60,849 bases of DNA, filler included, from Dugesia japonica (GCA_001938525.1; 5 parts of 5 records of this genome joined end to end with filler, not necessarily neighbours in it); one strand, 5' to 3'. Positions 39,700 through 53,590 are shown, numbered from the whole stretch's first letter. Numbers and translations are program-made. Notes: generated by a model not told the origin, from the letters alone.

Positions 39700-40500
39700 C
39701 TACTTATTATTAATTAATTTTTATTAATTAACTTTTATTAATTACTTTTCATTAATTACTTATTAATTAATTTTTATTAATTAATTTTTCTTAATTACTT
39801 ATTATTAATTAATTTTTCTTAATTACTTATTATTAATTAATTTTCATTAATTACTTTTTATTAATTACTTGTTTTTAATTACTTATTAATTAATTTTTAT
39901 TGTTTTATTAATTTTTATTAATAAATTTTTTTTAATTACTTATTATTAATTAATTTTTATTAATTACTTATTATTTATTACTTATTAATTAATTTTTATT
40001 GTTTTATTATTAATTAATTTTAATTAATTACTTATTTATTAATTACTTTTTATTAATTACTTATTATTTACTTATTTATTAATTACTTTTTATTAATTAC
40101 TTATTATTTATTGCTTATTAATTAATAATTAATTTTTATTGTTCTATTATTATTTAATTTTTATTTATTACTTATTAATTAATTTTTTACTGTTTTATAA
40201 ATTAATTTTTATTAATTATTTATTATTATTAATTACTTTTCCTTAATTAATTTTTATTGTTTTATTAATTATTAATTTTAATTAATTACTTACTAATTAA
40301 TTTTTATTAATTACTTTTCATTAATTATTTATTACTTATTAATTGATTTTTATTGTTTTATTATTAATTTATTTTTTTAATTACTTTTCCTTAATTATTT
40401 ATTAATTAATTTTTATTGTTTTATTATTAATTAATTGTTATTAATTACTTTTTATTAATTACTTATTATTTATTACTTATTAATTAGTTTTTATTTGTAG
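39700..40500. repeat. Low-complexity ATTAATT/TTACTT degenerate satellite
   Basis: Almost exclusively A/T reiterations; resumes at about 41260-41900. Confidence 0.85.
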
Positions 40501-41342
40501 CCTACTTATTTATTATTTATTAGTAACCAACTCATGTGNACTTTAATTTTGAATTTCTGCCAAAAAATTATCACATTATTTTTTGAAATTAATGTAGTAC
40601 CTCTGCATTAAAAAATGGAAAAAAACATTTTCAGTGGGGTAGTGTTATTTAGTTGGGTGGACGAATTAAATTAAATTTTTTTTCCATTTATTTATTTTTT
40701 GTGACTAATTTTAAATTTTTATAAAAATTATCAGGGGCGTAGATAAAAAAAACAAAATTACTTCGAAATATTTCATTTATAGAAGAGTAGAAAATATTAA
40801 AAATTTTATTTATATTAGCAATTTAATCAACTTTACTTATTTATCAAACAAATGAAGACAGTTTAATTTTTTGGTGTTTCGATACTTCTTCCCACATCTA
40901 TGTTCTAGTAGAAAGGATACATTCATCCCTGTCTCCTCGGAATGGTTCTGTTCCCGAAAAGTTGTCCGTAAATCGAATTTTTTTTACGTACATAATGACC
41001 ATTTCTCTATGTAATATTATTAATTAATATAACCATAACAGAGGCAATGGTTTAATTTTTCAATTCCGTTATAGTGAAATTCCGTATAAAGAGTTTCCGT
41101 GTTTTTTTACAGAAATTTGAAACATGCTAGAACCGGAAACGAGCAAGTAAAATTTGTTGAGGAGATATAAGGACGCCGGTGATATACATGAGAGTGTGTA
41201 AAATTGCCATTAAGCAGTGCCCGTGACAGTCACGATCATTTACACGAAGGGGTTAATTGCTTGTTATTAATTACTTATTATTAATTAATATTTATTAATT
41301 ATTTATTATTGATCAATTTTTATTAATTAATTTTCATTACAT

Positions 41343-41568
41343 AGTAGATAGATAGTGGCGCATCATGACAAAGCTCCCCACTCGGGGTAGAAATTTTTTT
41401 AGGCTTAAACACATGATTCCGTTGATTATATTGCTCGAAAATCTGGTTGTGATTACGTAATTGAGTCGGTAGAAATTTTTTAGGCTTAAATTTGATTGGC
41501 TGCACATATATTCAAGCGATTATCTACCCCGGTGCTGGGTTGTTACGATGCACCACTATCCATCTACT
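41343..41568. mobile_element. 226-bp non-autonomous element with AGTAG-initiated TIRs
   Basis: Left TIR AGTAGATAGATAGTGGCGCATCATGACAA; right TIR (reverse complement) AGTAGATGGATAGTGGTGCATCGTAACAA. Internal duplication of GGTAGAAATTTTTTAGGCTTAAA. Confidence 0.8.
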
Positions 41569-43759
41569 TTAATTACTTATTATTAATTAATATTTATTAA
41601 TTAATCTTTATTAATTACTTTTTATTATTCACTTTTCATGAACTAGTTGTTATTAATTATTTGTGATTAATTACTTATTATTAATTATCTATTATTAATT
41701 ACTTTTCATTACTTATTATTAATTACTTATTATTAATCACTTTTTATTTATTTTAGTAATTTATTTTTATTATTTACTTATTAATATTTCCTTTTTATTA
41801 ATTACTTTTAATAATTTCTTAATTTTAATTACTTATTAATTTATTATTTTAAATTACTTTTAATTTATTAGTACTAATTCCTTATTATTAATTACTTATT
41901 ATTAAATAAAATATAAAAGAGCAATATTTTAAAAAATTTATTTTACAAATCTGTGTCCATCATGAGTTGCTGTCGTAAATCAGATAACCTGCCAAGAAGT
42001 CCCCAGATTTGAATTTAATTATTTATTAAGTGTTTTATTTATTTAAATATTTTTATGGCTGTTGAAATATTTATGAAATATTCAACTCAGGAGAAATTTT
42101 GTTTTAGATTTTCAAGAGAGAAAACATTTTATACATTGTTAAATAAACCACGTTGCGAAATCAATACAACAAAATAAGACTAAAATAAATATAAAATTGA
42201 ATTCGTCAATTTTAGTATTAAGAACCAGGTTATGTGACTCATCTGAAAGTCTCGCGTTCAATTCTTTCAAAATTATTACCAAAACCGTAAACTCACCACT
42301 GCTTATTTTAGCTTTTCTATATTTACAGCATGATGTATAATATAAAACCGAACTTTTCCTACTCAATTGTTTATNTTTACNAAGTATNTCTTATCTTCTA
42401 ATTCTTAAATCCTACTATTTTTATTCATATTCCTGTAAATACTATACACAGGATTTAAATGTTAGGTTGGACTAGGGTAACCCAAAAGTAGGGTTGTTTT
42501 GCCTCAATGATAGGTTCAATATACTGAAGCAGCTCCCAATTATATTAATGTTGAAATTCTTAGTTACTCACTTACTCTTTATGTAAGATCTGTAGCAATT
42601 TTCTGATTAGCACTTTTTGTTTAATTCTACTAGGACCTCACAATTTTTTAACTACGTGATTATGTTCATAGCGTATGATCTATAGTAGTCTTAGCGACGC
42701 AGACCTCGTTTGTTTTAACCATGATACTTGGTATATACCAATAATATTAACAGTAAATTAAAAGCGATGACGAAAGATCTTACCGTATTTTTAGTAGCAT
42801 AACATATCATATGAAACTACATTTTATTTAGTTACTTGAGAAATATAAGGGTTTACATCTATAATCTTATTGATGCCTCTATGTATATAGTCTTTTTATA
42901 GTTATAAAAATATTAAAAATTATTCCAGTTCAACTTCCTTATTCTTCCAACTTTGTTTATGGTCATTGAATAGTGTTAATTTAATAATTTTTCTTCTGTC
43001 GTTATTTTTCATTTCTTTGTGGGAGTTGATATATTCTTGCAAATCACTGAAATGATAAAAAGCACTCATGGAATTAAGTAATGCTATCAAATTATTTACT
43101 AATTTATTTAAGTATTTAACCGAAAGATAAAAATTCAACAATACACAATCATATTTATTAGTATTAATTGAGAGAAAATTAACGTAAACAGAGTTAATTA
43201 TTTTTATTACATAGTTGCAGCTCAAATAGAATTATGATTTGTTTTTTTACTAGGCGTTCATAGTACCAAAGACTAACTGATTCTAATATGTATTCTCGTT
43301 CTGTATTCACTAGTTTTCTATCTGAATGAAACAATATTATGTTTTTGTGATTATTTTTATTAGATGACGAGAAACTATTTAGTTAAAGTATGTTCAATCA
43401 CATCAGTTAAATCATAAAAGATCAGTCAAGTAAACTAAATTGTCATTACAAAAACATAAATTAATCCAGACTATTCTACATAAAAAGAAAAACAATTTTC
43501 TCTCTTAAATTAAGACAATCAGCCCTTTGATTGATATCTTCTAAATATCTGAAATTATCCAAGATTTTGAGATCTAAAATTGTCAGATTTTGGTTTTTGA
43601 TATACAAGTAGTTATTGAAATTTACGTTTTACTCTTGTGAATCGTCATTAAATTAAAATTATTTGGATTTATAACAGTCACTATTCCACTTTTATAATGA
43701 ATTATTTCTAATAAGTAATTGTGTCTTTAATTATATATTTATAACAAGATGAATTATAT

Positions 43760-44660
43760 ATTCTCAATCTGTATTGAAAAACCTGAATCCATCACTGTTT
43801 TAGAGCTTCACTGCTCAAGAATTCCCGTTTTCTTGAGTTGAAAAAGGTCAGGATCTGTTTCTTTGATGGCTTCTTTATCTTGGAACTACTGCCAATTCAA
43901 ATGGTTTTGAAAAGATCGGCATAAATAATAATTCGATGGTACTATGTCAGGAGAACATGGTTTATGTGATAAGACCTCCCATATAAGCTTTTGTATCTTC
44001 GTCTGAGTCAATCGAGCAGTATGCTGTCATACATTATCGTATTGTACGACCACACTGTTTCTGTTAGATAAAGAAGGCCAGATAATTTGGCGTAGTCTCT
44101 CTAATTGTTGAGCATACAGTTTAGCATTTATAGTACGATTCACAGCCAGTAGTTCCCAATACACATGGATATCTTCGCAAACAGACAATAATATCCTTTT
44201 AGGATGTCTATCATATTTAACAGTTGGTAGAGGGTTTTTTTAGCATTGAACCATCGCCTATCTCTATGTTGTTGATATGCAGAACCTTAATTTTCATCTC
44301 CAATTATTAAGCGATCAAAAAATAGGTCAGTTTGTATTCTGAAGATTAGTGCAGCACAAGTGGATCTTCTTTTATTAAATTCTCATCTGCCAGAATGTGC
44401 GGCACCCAAACATTTAGCTTACAGATTTTTTATGCTTTTCAAATGATTCCAGATCGTATTTTAATCGCAATTAAATGTGTGGTCCAAATCATATGTCGAT
44501 TAACGGAGGTTTGATTCGTCGCTTGCTTTCAAAATGTCGTTTTCCACTTGAGTTGATGTCCCAAATTTGGATTGCCCACTAAATCAATTTTTAATTTCCG
44601 AAACTTTAGGAATTGATTCGACCATTGTCAGACACTAATGACATCTGGATATAGGGCAGA
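43760..44660 (-). mobile_element. mariner (DD34D-type) transposase pseudogene
   Basis: LNVWVPH (WVPHEL motif); QYDNV*QHTARLT...WEVLSHKPCSPDIVPSNYYLCRS (HDNARPH...YSPDLAPSDY). Confidence 0.88.
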
Positions 44661-45106
44661 AATATTATTTGTTGGACGTAACCATTGATCGTAATTCAAA
44701 TAAAAGAAAAAAATAAATTTTACTCAAAATAAAAAAAATTGTTAGTAATAATGATAGTCAATTCCTAAAGAAAACAAAGTCTATATATAAAATTATTATC
44801 AAAAACAAAAAAAAAACAAATTTTGATCGAAGCTTTTATTTTAATGAATTCTAATATTAGAACTTCAGGCACTTTTTAAATTTACAAACAAAAATATTTT
44901 GATGTACAACAACTGTAAAACAAAACTTACTAAAAACATAATATACCTATTTTTACTGCATTTTAGCCAGACTGTATAACTAGGTTTTGGTGTACATATA
45001 TATTTTCATAATGATTAATAATCAAATTATAAAGTATATTGATGTGTAAAAATGTAATAATATATTGATTGCTAAAAATGTTTTAAATATTAAGCCTTTG
45101 TGTAAA

Positions 45107-48100
45107 ATGTCGAATAACAAAACAAATAATTTCTCTGTTATAGATGTTGATAAGAATTGTGTAAAAGCAAATGTGTCAGAAGATCAACGACCTTTAATAA
45201 ATTCCGGAAGATATAATGTTAAAAAAATGCCGGAATTACGAAAAACACACGCTAATCAAAGTAATACATTATATGGAGATGGTCATCATTTACGTCATCA
45301 GAATCACACTTCCACTGATCCGATTCTTAAAAACCGTTATAAATCCTATGACTATTTGCCAGCGAGGCAACCTCATATGAATCATTATAAAGGTAACACT
45401 CATTTTTATCAAGACGGATACAATGAATATAGTGATTCTGGAGGTGATGTCAATGAAACGTCTTATGAAGCACTTAATAAATTTCGTAAATCTTATTCAT
45501 ATGGTGGTATGAAACCATTTTCTTCAAATGAGGAATTGGATAATTCTCACATGTACGATGTTGAACCAAATCATTCATCCGATAGTTCAAGACGATATCA
45601 ATACAAGTCTAGGTGTTTCAAAGATAATCATAATGATTATCATAGAAAGTCTCGACATGCAGAATTTGAAAATAGAAAATATACTGGCGATTCATGGAAT
45701 TATGAAAATACTTCGAACTATCAAGATCCTCAAAGATATTCAAGATATTCTCCTGTAAATACATACATAAAAGGCCAATGTGAATCGAGAGTTAAACATA
45801 ATACAAGAGGAACTAGTTATCCAAGTTATCTTAATAACAACAGAAGTGATACTTTATCCAGAAAATCACATAATACTCCATTATCAACAGAATTTCAATC
45901 ATCTAGATACACTGACGTTAATAATGATAACTATTCTACTTATTGCAAGGAATCTCCAAATAGAAATATGCTAAGTCTGAAATCTACTTACAGAAAAAAT
46001 GAAAACATTCCTCATTCTGGTACAAAACTAGAAAATCATAGGAAACATTTTGATAAATATTGTACAGGACGAACTAGGGAAACAAGATTCAACGAATCAA
46101 ATAATTGTGATGATTTACGAAGGCATAATTCCATGATTGTAAACAAATCTAGTAAAGGGTTTAGATCAAATCTACCACCTTCACCTAAATATTCAGCTAC
46201 AAGAAAGAAATACAGCGATCTAGGAAATATTGAAAGTAATAAATATGGCAGTAGAGAAACTTATACCACACCTCGTCGATCACAAATGTTTTCTAATGAG
46301 CGTGGTAGTGACGAAAGTTGCTATTTTGAGAATTGTTATAATACTAATAAGTAAGTTAATTTTTTGATGTTTAATTTTGATAAATTTAGAAATAATTAAA
46401 TCATTTAATTTTTAAAAATAAATTTTCAATTTTTGAAATCATTAAATTTAAAAAATAAAAACATCAAAATTTATTTTTTATTGTCCATAATCTTTGTTGA
46501 TTATTTGATTTTCAGATTTTCACTTTTTTTCTCAAGGAAATTAAAATTTTTGGCTTACATTTTTTAATTTTATTGAAAATTAAAATAAAAAGAATATTGG
46601 TTAATCCAAAATTTTTTAAAGAAATAATTATAATTATAAATACATTTTATCGTAGTTAAATGATAAATTATCGTAACTGTGGCAAGGGGAGAGATAAGTT
46701 TTAGCAAATTTAAAATCATTAAAAATTATTTGCGTTTCTTAATGAAACAAAATCGTGGAAGTGGATTAGCTATTTTATAAATTGAATATGATTTGTTTGA
46801 AAAAACAAATTTCGATAGCATAATAAACGAGTTTGCTAGCATTAAAGTAAGAAAAATTAAATTAAAATGCTAACTATTGGGTTTGTAGAAATGATTTAAT
46901 TTGAAGTTAATACATGTTGAATATATGAATAAATATGTATGTTGAATTTATAAATAATTTATCTTTATACCTTGTTTTTTTATAACAATTTAAATAAGTC
47001 AAAATTAAAAATTTTAAATCAATTTTTTGTATAAGGGGTCATCCATAAATGATATCACACGATTTTTGGATAATTCTTTACACCCCACCTTCTCACACTT
47101 AGTCACAAAAAGTCAGAACCCCTCAAATATGACGTCAAACATTTATTTCTANNNNNGAAAATTTACAGGTTCCAAATTAATATTTGTCATCCTTTTTAAT
47201 TAATGAAAGACAGAGATAGCGATGTTCAGCCCAGAGTTGTGTCCAGCCTCAAATATGCTTCCCTGATGCTCAACAGTGCACTATTTGGCTCAGGTAGAGA
47301 AATATATTAAAATAGTTAAAATTCAATACTCTCATTTATTTTGATGTGACATCACATATCTTAGAACCCTCTCGCACCTCGTCACAAATGTATGAACCCC
47401 CTCCTCTAATCGTGTGACATCATTTATNGATGACCCTTAATGCATATTACATAGTTATGATAGAGTGTGCCATTTTAAATGTTTGTCATAGGCGCCATAA
47501 ACTCTAGATATGGCTCTGATGATAATTAAATGAAATGGAAGTTATATTAGTCAATAATTTGAAATTCAATACAACAAAATTTATTGATTTTTATCCTTAA
47601 ATATAAGTGATTTTAATTTAAATAAATTTAAGATAGAAATTTAAAATTTTAATTCACAAATAAAATAAATAAAAAAATTAAAATTAGAAAATTTCTTAGT
47701 TATAATTTTCTATATTATTCTGAGTTTGTACAATGTAGACATTGTTTAATTTTAAAAATCTGGTTTTTAAGTCCATTAATTATGTTAACAATTTTCATGA
47801 AATTTTTACCCCTTCCCATTTGTCAGTAACTCTCAAACTTTTAGTGACCCTCTAATAAAATTATGTCAAAAAAGTTTATTCCTACCCCCTAAATTAATAA
47901 TATTTTAACTAAATATTTTGATTTGTTAAATTTATCGTAAAAAATTGTTGATGTCAATTTATCTTGAGCACCCTCCTCCCTATTGTCAACAATTGTCAAA
48001 TTTCTTCAAACCACGCCGATTTTGTTGAAATAATTTATGGAATGTCCTTTCTATTTACATATTTTATATTAAATAATAGTAAATCTTTTAATTTAAGAAT

Positions 48101-49712
48101 TGTTTTTTAAATCTATTTTTACTATCTTTCCACATGATAATATTGATCTGTTAATAACATATAAGATAGCCAAAAAATTGCCGTTTTTAATTTTTTTATA
48201 GATATCACAATAATACAAGAATATAATATACAATACAGTATTTAAATGAAATAGCAAAAATTAATTCTCTTATCAGAAATACAGTTCTCATTACACTCGA
48301 TAACATCGTCAGGATCTTTCAGCAACTTCTTTCATTCATCTCGCATCGTATCAGAAGACAAATTATTGAAANATTCCATTAAAGTTTGCTCAAGCTGCAC
48401 ATAATTCTGAAATGTTTTATCCCTGCGATATATTTTCATACCAGTACAGAATTCCGTAGCAATCTGTTTTACTCTTCTATCTTTAATCATATAATTTTCT
48501 CCCCATACATTTATCAAGTATAGCGAAAAATCAGCAGCGGGAAACCCCCTGTGTTCCATTTTTACAGTAAAATAGTTTAAATATTCTAAGTGCATTAATG
48601 GCATATTTGAAATCTGAGACAATTTTTTACAATAATGATAAACGAAAACGAGATGACTTTTATAAATATGATATTTTATTATATATTAATAAAAAGAATT
48701 AACAATTGCAATTTTTGCGAGAATAATTGTTGGACATAACCATTGATCGTTTTTCAAGTCAATTCCTGACAAAGACAAAGACGAAAATTAGAATTATTAT
48801 CAAAAACAAAAGAAAAGTTTTGATCNNNNNNNNNNNNNNNNNNNNNNNNNNNNNNNNNNNNNNNNNNNNNNNNNNTAATTGTTGGACATAACCATTGATC
48901 GTTTTTCAGAATTCATTTAAAATAAAAACTTCGATCAAAATTTGTTTTTAGGTTTTTGATGAAAATTCTATATTTCGACTTTGTCTTCCTCAGGAATCGA
49001 TTTTTCAATTCATTTCAAGTCAATTCCTGACAAAGACAAAGACGAAAATTAGAATTATTATCAAAAACAAAAGAAAAGTTTTGATCGAAGCTTTTATTTT
49101 AAATGAATTTTAAAAATTTGGTTAAAAATAAATCAGTTTTCAATTAAAGAAAAAGTTATTTAGGAATAATTATTCCTTNNNNNNNNNNNNNNNNNNNNNN
49201 NNNNNNNNNNNNNNNNNNNNNNNNNNNNNNNNNNNNNNNNNNNNNNNNNNNNNNNNNNNNNNNNNNNNNNNNNNNNNNNNNNNNNNNNNNNNNNNNNNNN
49301 NNNNNNNNNNNNNNNNNNNNNNNNNNNNNNNGAGTTTTGTCCTAATAATTTATTCATATTTCTTGTTGAATTACCAACTATTGTTTTTAGTGATTGTGTC
49401 TCAAGATATCACAGAAATACTAAAAGAACAAATAAAGATTATTGTGGATCAAATTCTGATGAATTGAGCTCGTCTAGTTTAGTTCTGTCGCAAGAGAAAC
49501 CAACAGAAAGTATAGCACTATCAATATCTTCTCCCAAATTAAATTCAAATATCAAATCACTTAATCAAACCTTTCATCGATCAAGTAATTATAGAGATGA
49601 TTCCACAATACCATCAACACATTTATCAAAATCTTCCCGCGGAAAGGAATCACACATGTATTGTAATCATGCACAAAAATCTTCAAGGCATAACAATAAA
49701 AAGCATCATTAA
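45107..49712 (+). CDS. Hypothetical 521-aa low-complexity S/N/R/Y/H-rich protein, two exons (45107-46350, 49391-49712)
   Basis: A 1.24-kb stop-free frame in very AT-rich DNA ends at a strong AA|GTAAGT donor. A phase-compatible acceptor tttttag|T at 49390 continues with the same composition to TAA. An extra exon inside the N gaps cannot be excluded. Confidence 0.7.
46670..47518 (+). mobile_element. hAT transposon 3' remnant (dimerisation domain), interrupted by a MITE
   Basis: KIIKNYLRFLMKQNRGSGLAIL*IEYD...IINEFASIKVRK; candidate right end ...TAGATATGGCTCTG. Confidence 0.75.
47035..47437. mobile_element. PIF/Harbinger-type MITE
   Basis: 30-bp TIRs GGGGTCATCCATAAATGATATCACACGATT / AATCGTGTGACATCATTTATnGATGACCCT, flanked by a TAA direct repeat. 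Confidence 0.85.
48715..49115. repeat. Penelope-like pLTR fragments in inverted arrangement
   Basis: The AATAATTGTTGGACATAACCATTGATCG motif also occurs at about 6743, 27331 and 44667. Hammerhead-bearing segments face in opposite directions (48965 minus, 49023 plus). Confidence 0.65.
48965..48997 (-). ncRNA. Minimal type I hammerhead ribozyme motif in a Penelope-like pLTR
   Basis: Minus strand ATTC-CTGAGGA-A-GAC AAA GTC-GAAA-TA-TA-GAAT: stem I ATTC/GAAT, CUGANGA core, stem II GAC/GTC, GAAA, vestigial palindromic helix III. Confidence 0.65.
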
Positions 49713-49854
49713 ATCAATTCATTGAGTTGTATAATAATAATTTGGATTCTAATTCCATATTTGATGTCAACAATGAATTTTATTTTTTGACAATAAAAAT
49801 TTCTATTATATTATATGTAATTTATGTAGTTTATGTAATTTATTATTATAGGTT

Positions 49855-49954
49855 NNNNNNNNNNNNNNNNNNNNNNNNNNNNNNNNNNNNNNNNNNNNTT
49901 AATTAATTAANNNNNNNNNNNNNNNNNNNNNNNNNNNNNNNNNNNNNNNNNNNN
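49855..49954. other. Artificial contig-join spacer
   Basis: N44-TTAATTAATTAA-N44. Confidence 0.95.
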
Positions 49955-51565
49955 ATTAAAGGTGGTGGCTGCGATTTGCCTGAGCACTCTAGCCCCGATC
50001 CCTTTGTCCCAGATCTTGATATCGCTGCTGACAAAGTAAGGGATTTTGCAAACAGTCTCATACCTAGTAACCAATATCTTGTCGCCGATTTAGCGCTTTC
50101 AAAGGCTTGCATCCACATGGATGATGATTATATCACCGATGTGGTTGCTTTCAGAGACTTCAAATCTCTTTCGATGATTTTCTGCCCCTTCCTGGCCTCG
50201 GCCCTCTTTGTCTTTGATATTGCTGGCAAGGTCTCTTACTTTATTGACCCTTAGGCTGATCATGGTGGTGTGGTCGCAAATGAGACAGTTCTCTGACTCC
50301 ATCTGTGCATGTCTGAGTTCTGTCGCACAAAAGACATCACCCTGATCGAGGCTCCTTTCACTCTGACTACTTTCCATAGAAATGACAAAGAAAGTAGTCT
50401 GATGGTCTGTGGCTACGTCAGCTCGCTGTCGAATTTTAAAACAGTGAACAGAGTTGACTAAGCCCGCCTAAGGGTAAAATTCACAAATTTTAATAACACC
50501 CATAAAATTAAAGGGGACATTAAAATTAAAGGGAGGGATGAAAAACATGGCGCTAATAAAACTACTCAGGGTAAAATTAGCGACATGTTATCCACAATCG
50601 ACAGAAGTGATGTTAATTCAGCTGTAGACTCATTCTACAGCTTTGTTCACTCTGTTCGATGTATGAGGCCCAAAAATTTGAATTTTAAAATTGGCGAGGG
50701 CAAAACTGGAAAGCGCGCCGAGTTAGACATAAACCTGCGAGATCGGTTNNNNNNCTCACAGAAAGCAGTCTTTGAGCTGATTACAAATGAAGTGACAGCT
50801 GACTGCTTTCCATCGTAGGTTGATCTCGAAGGGTATTTCCAGTCTAAAGCTGATGCTGGACCCCTTACTAACTGGGATTTTCGCCCCCCTCATAAAATCT
50901 GACGAGGATGGTTTCGAATTCCACTGTCCGGATGCACCTCAAATAAGACGCATATTTTATGGACTATCTGTGTCAGCTCCTGGTCTTAATAACATCACAT
51001 ACCAGGATCTGAAATCCGCAGACCCAAAATGTGCTCTTATTCACCAACTTTTAAAGAAGATCTTATCTTCTGGTGTCACTCCGAACAGCTAGAAAACATA
51101 CTCGACGCTGATGATTCCGAAGCCAGGCAAAGCTGGGTCATACCATGAAGTCTCATCATGGTGACCCATTGCTTTGCTGGATTGTCTGTACAAACTCTTT
51201 ATGGCTTGTCTGACATCTCATTTGTCGAGTTGGGTGATGAGGGAGAAACTGCTACATAACCTCTATAAAAGTGCTGGTGAGTTGGAAGACTGCTGCGAAC
51301 ATAATTTTCTGCTGCGATGTCTGCTGGATGAGCCGAGCCGATATTTCAAGTTAACTTGCATATTGGCTTCCTAGACATTGCGGATGCTTTCGGCAGCATC
51401 ACCATAGAGCACATTCTTGGTCTGCTCACCAGAATGGGTGTCTATGAGAGTTCCATCAAACTGATACGAGCTCTTTACTCCGACTGCTCCAGCTACTACA
51501 CTTGCAATGGAACTTCCACTAGTCCCATTGCAAACAAAAGAGGCGTCCGACAGGGTTGTCCCTGA
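49955..51565 (+). mobile_element. R2/NeSL-like non-LTR retrotransposon ORF remnant, truncated in RT
   Basis: APGLNNITY (SPGxDG-like), LMIPKPGK...W*PIALLDCLYKLF, CCEHNFLL, FLDIADAFGS, RGVRQGCP. Contains stops and frameshifts and ends abruptly after QGCP. Confidence 0.85.
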
Positions 51566-52859
51566 CTTAAGCAAAAAAGAGTGTCAACAAATCTATAAAT
51601 TTTGAATTCCGCTAACTTACTACAAGGATATTGATTCAAGTTTTGAAAAATAACCACTATAATCAGCCACTATTAAATCAAGTAGTTAGTTGAAGACACA
51701 AAATTTGTTTTCACCATTAAACAATTCACTTTAGAAAATACATTGATTCCAAAGAGATTGAAAAAAGAGATCATAGTGACAACTAAACGGAAAACCAGTT
51801 AATTCCTCAAGATAAAAGAAAGAAGTGATTAGCCTCACAAATTATTCATCTCCAGGTTTCCAATATTTACCCGTTGCAGAATCAAATTTTAATTAAAAGT
51901 AAAAATTTGTGTATCATTTATATTATAATGTTGTGTCTGTTATATATAATAAATGTTATTTAGAAAATAAAATATATTACGTTATAATAAGAGAAAAATC
52001 AAGTTAATGATTGAATTAAAATACCAAATTCACGATTAGTTTTATTATTATCCAATAAATATCCCACTGCTTTCTTTTTATCCTAGATTTCATAAATTCC
52101 AAAGCGACACGAACCGTCTAATACATTAATTCCACCACCAGAGAAAATAATCGTGAATAAAATTTTTTTCCTTGATAGGATAGAGTAAGACGACAATATC
52201 ATCTCGCAAATTTATGCTCCTGCGAATATTGTATGAATGTTAATGGTGACGTGTTATCTAGAAAAATATCTTCCACCTATCCACTCTAGTTGAAAATTGT
52301 GGATTTTGTGTCAGTAAATCTCTTATAGACTTGATCAACGATAGATATCCTTGTTTGCTCAATCAGAGTCAAAAAATGATAGTTTGGCTGATACACGATG
52401 GGTATCTGATGACTAATATTTACGTTCTAATGAGTGTGTGTGCCACCGGTAGTTGAAAGTCAAGGAAAATTTTTGTTTAACTGAGTTGCCAAGCAACCAG
52501 GCTGCGTGCAATTTCAAAAACCTAATAGCAGTGATGTAATAAGTAGTAAGCTTCATATGATCGCAATAATCGTCTATGACTTCGATATTATTATTATCGC
52601 TCTTAAAAACGTTGTTATATTTACTAGCTCCCTCAGTATTATGGTTAATATCACTCTGGCTATTACCATCACAACCCGTCACTATTTAGCGTTGCTAATC
52701 TTTACTATCCACACTGCTATTAGCAGGGCTATTTTTATTAATTCAATATTTAGTAGGGATATCCTTTAATTATGTTGATTATTAACGGAATTGTTGTCAT
52801 TATGGTTACCAGCGGTAGTATTATTGACTCTATCTTAATTATTACTATCATTATCACCA

Positions 52860-52867
52860 TTAACATA

Positions 52868-52935
<68 letters not shown>

Positions 52936-52985
52936 NNNNNNNNNNNNNNNNNNNNNNNNNNNNNNNNNNNNNNNNNNNNNNNNNN

Positions 52986-53022
<37 letters not shown>
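52860..53022. repeat. (ATT)n microsatellite inside cassette copy A
   Basis: Direct reading; same relative position as the tract at 55760-56110 in copy B. Confidence 0.9.
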
Positions 53023-53265
53023 CGTTTTATCACGGGTAACATTTGGTTAACATTATCGTCCCGTCTAAGATAAGACAGACTATGACGCGACAAACCATCT
53101 TAAATTCCTAATAGGGATCAATAAGTATAAGATACAGTTAACCAGCAAGCCAAGAGTGCGTTGTGTGAACGAATTATTTTATAAATAAAAATCAGCAGTA
53201 ATGATGCGGTAGTTTATAGGAATTTGAATCACGAGTCTGATTTACCCTTCGTTTTTTCTATTTAG

Positions 53266-53462
53266 TCATGTCAACTGAGTTACGTCGTACCCTTCAATGG
53301 ATAAAAAGGCAACGTCAAACTGTTCGGGTAAGACAGCTCATTGCTCATTTGTTGACTAAGGGGAGGATTGAACACCCAGATGTGACCGATCTTTGCTGTT
53401 TAGCGGAGAAGTTTCCCTCCATGGTCCCCGTAGATCTAGATGCAGAAAATACGCCTTTCTAG
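53266..53462 (+). CDS. Cassette A ORF1: small basic protein with a DLCCxxE motif
   Basis: Acceptor ttctatttag|TC; homologous to 56413-56609 with many synonymous differences. Confidence 0.7.
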
Positions 53463-53590
53463 CCGGAATGTACTTTGCTACTTATTGTTATCCGTGTAAA
53501 TATAATTAGCCTTGTTGTTTATTCTTCCAATAATACTTTTTTTAAAAGAAATATATACCTATTAGGAATTAAACAAATTTTTTTTATTAG

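Noticed and set aside
48332-48622. 96-aa minus-strand ORF inside the orphan gene intron
   Set aside because: No recognisable motif or clear splice structure; could be a transposon fragment but cannot be supported.
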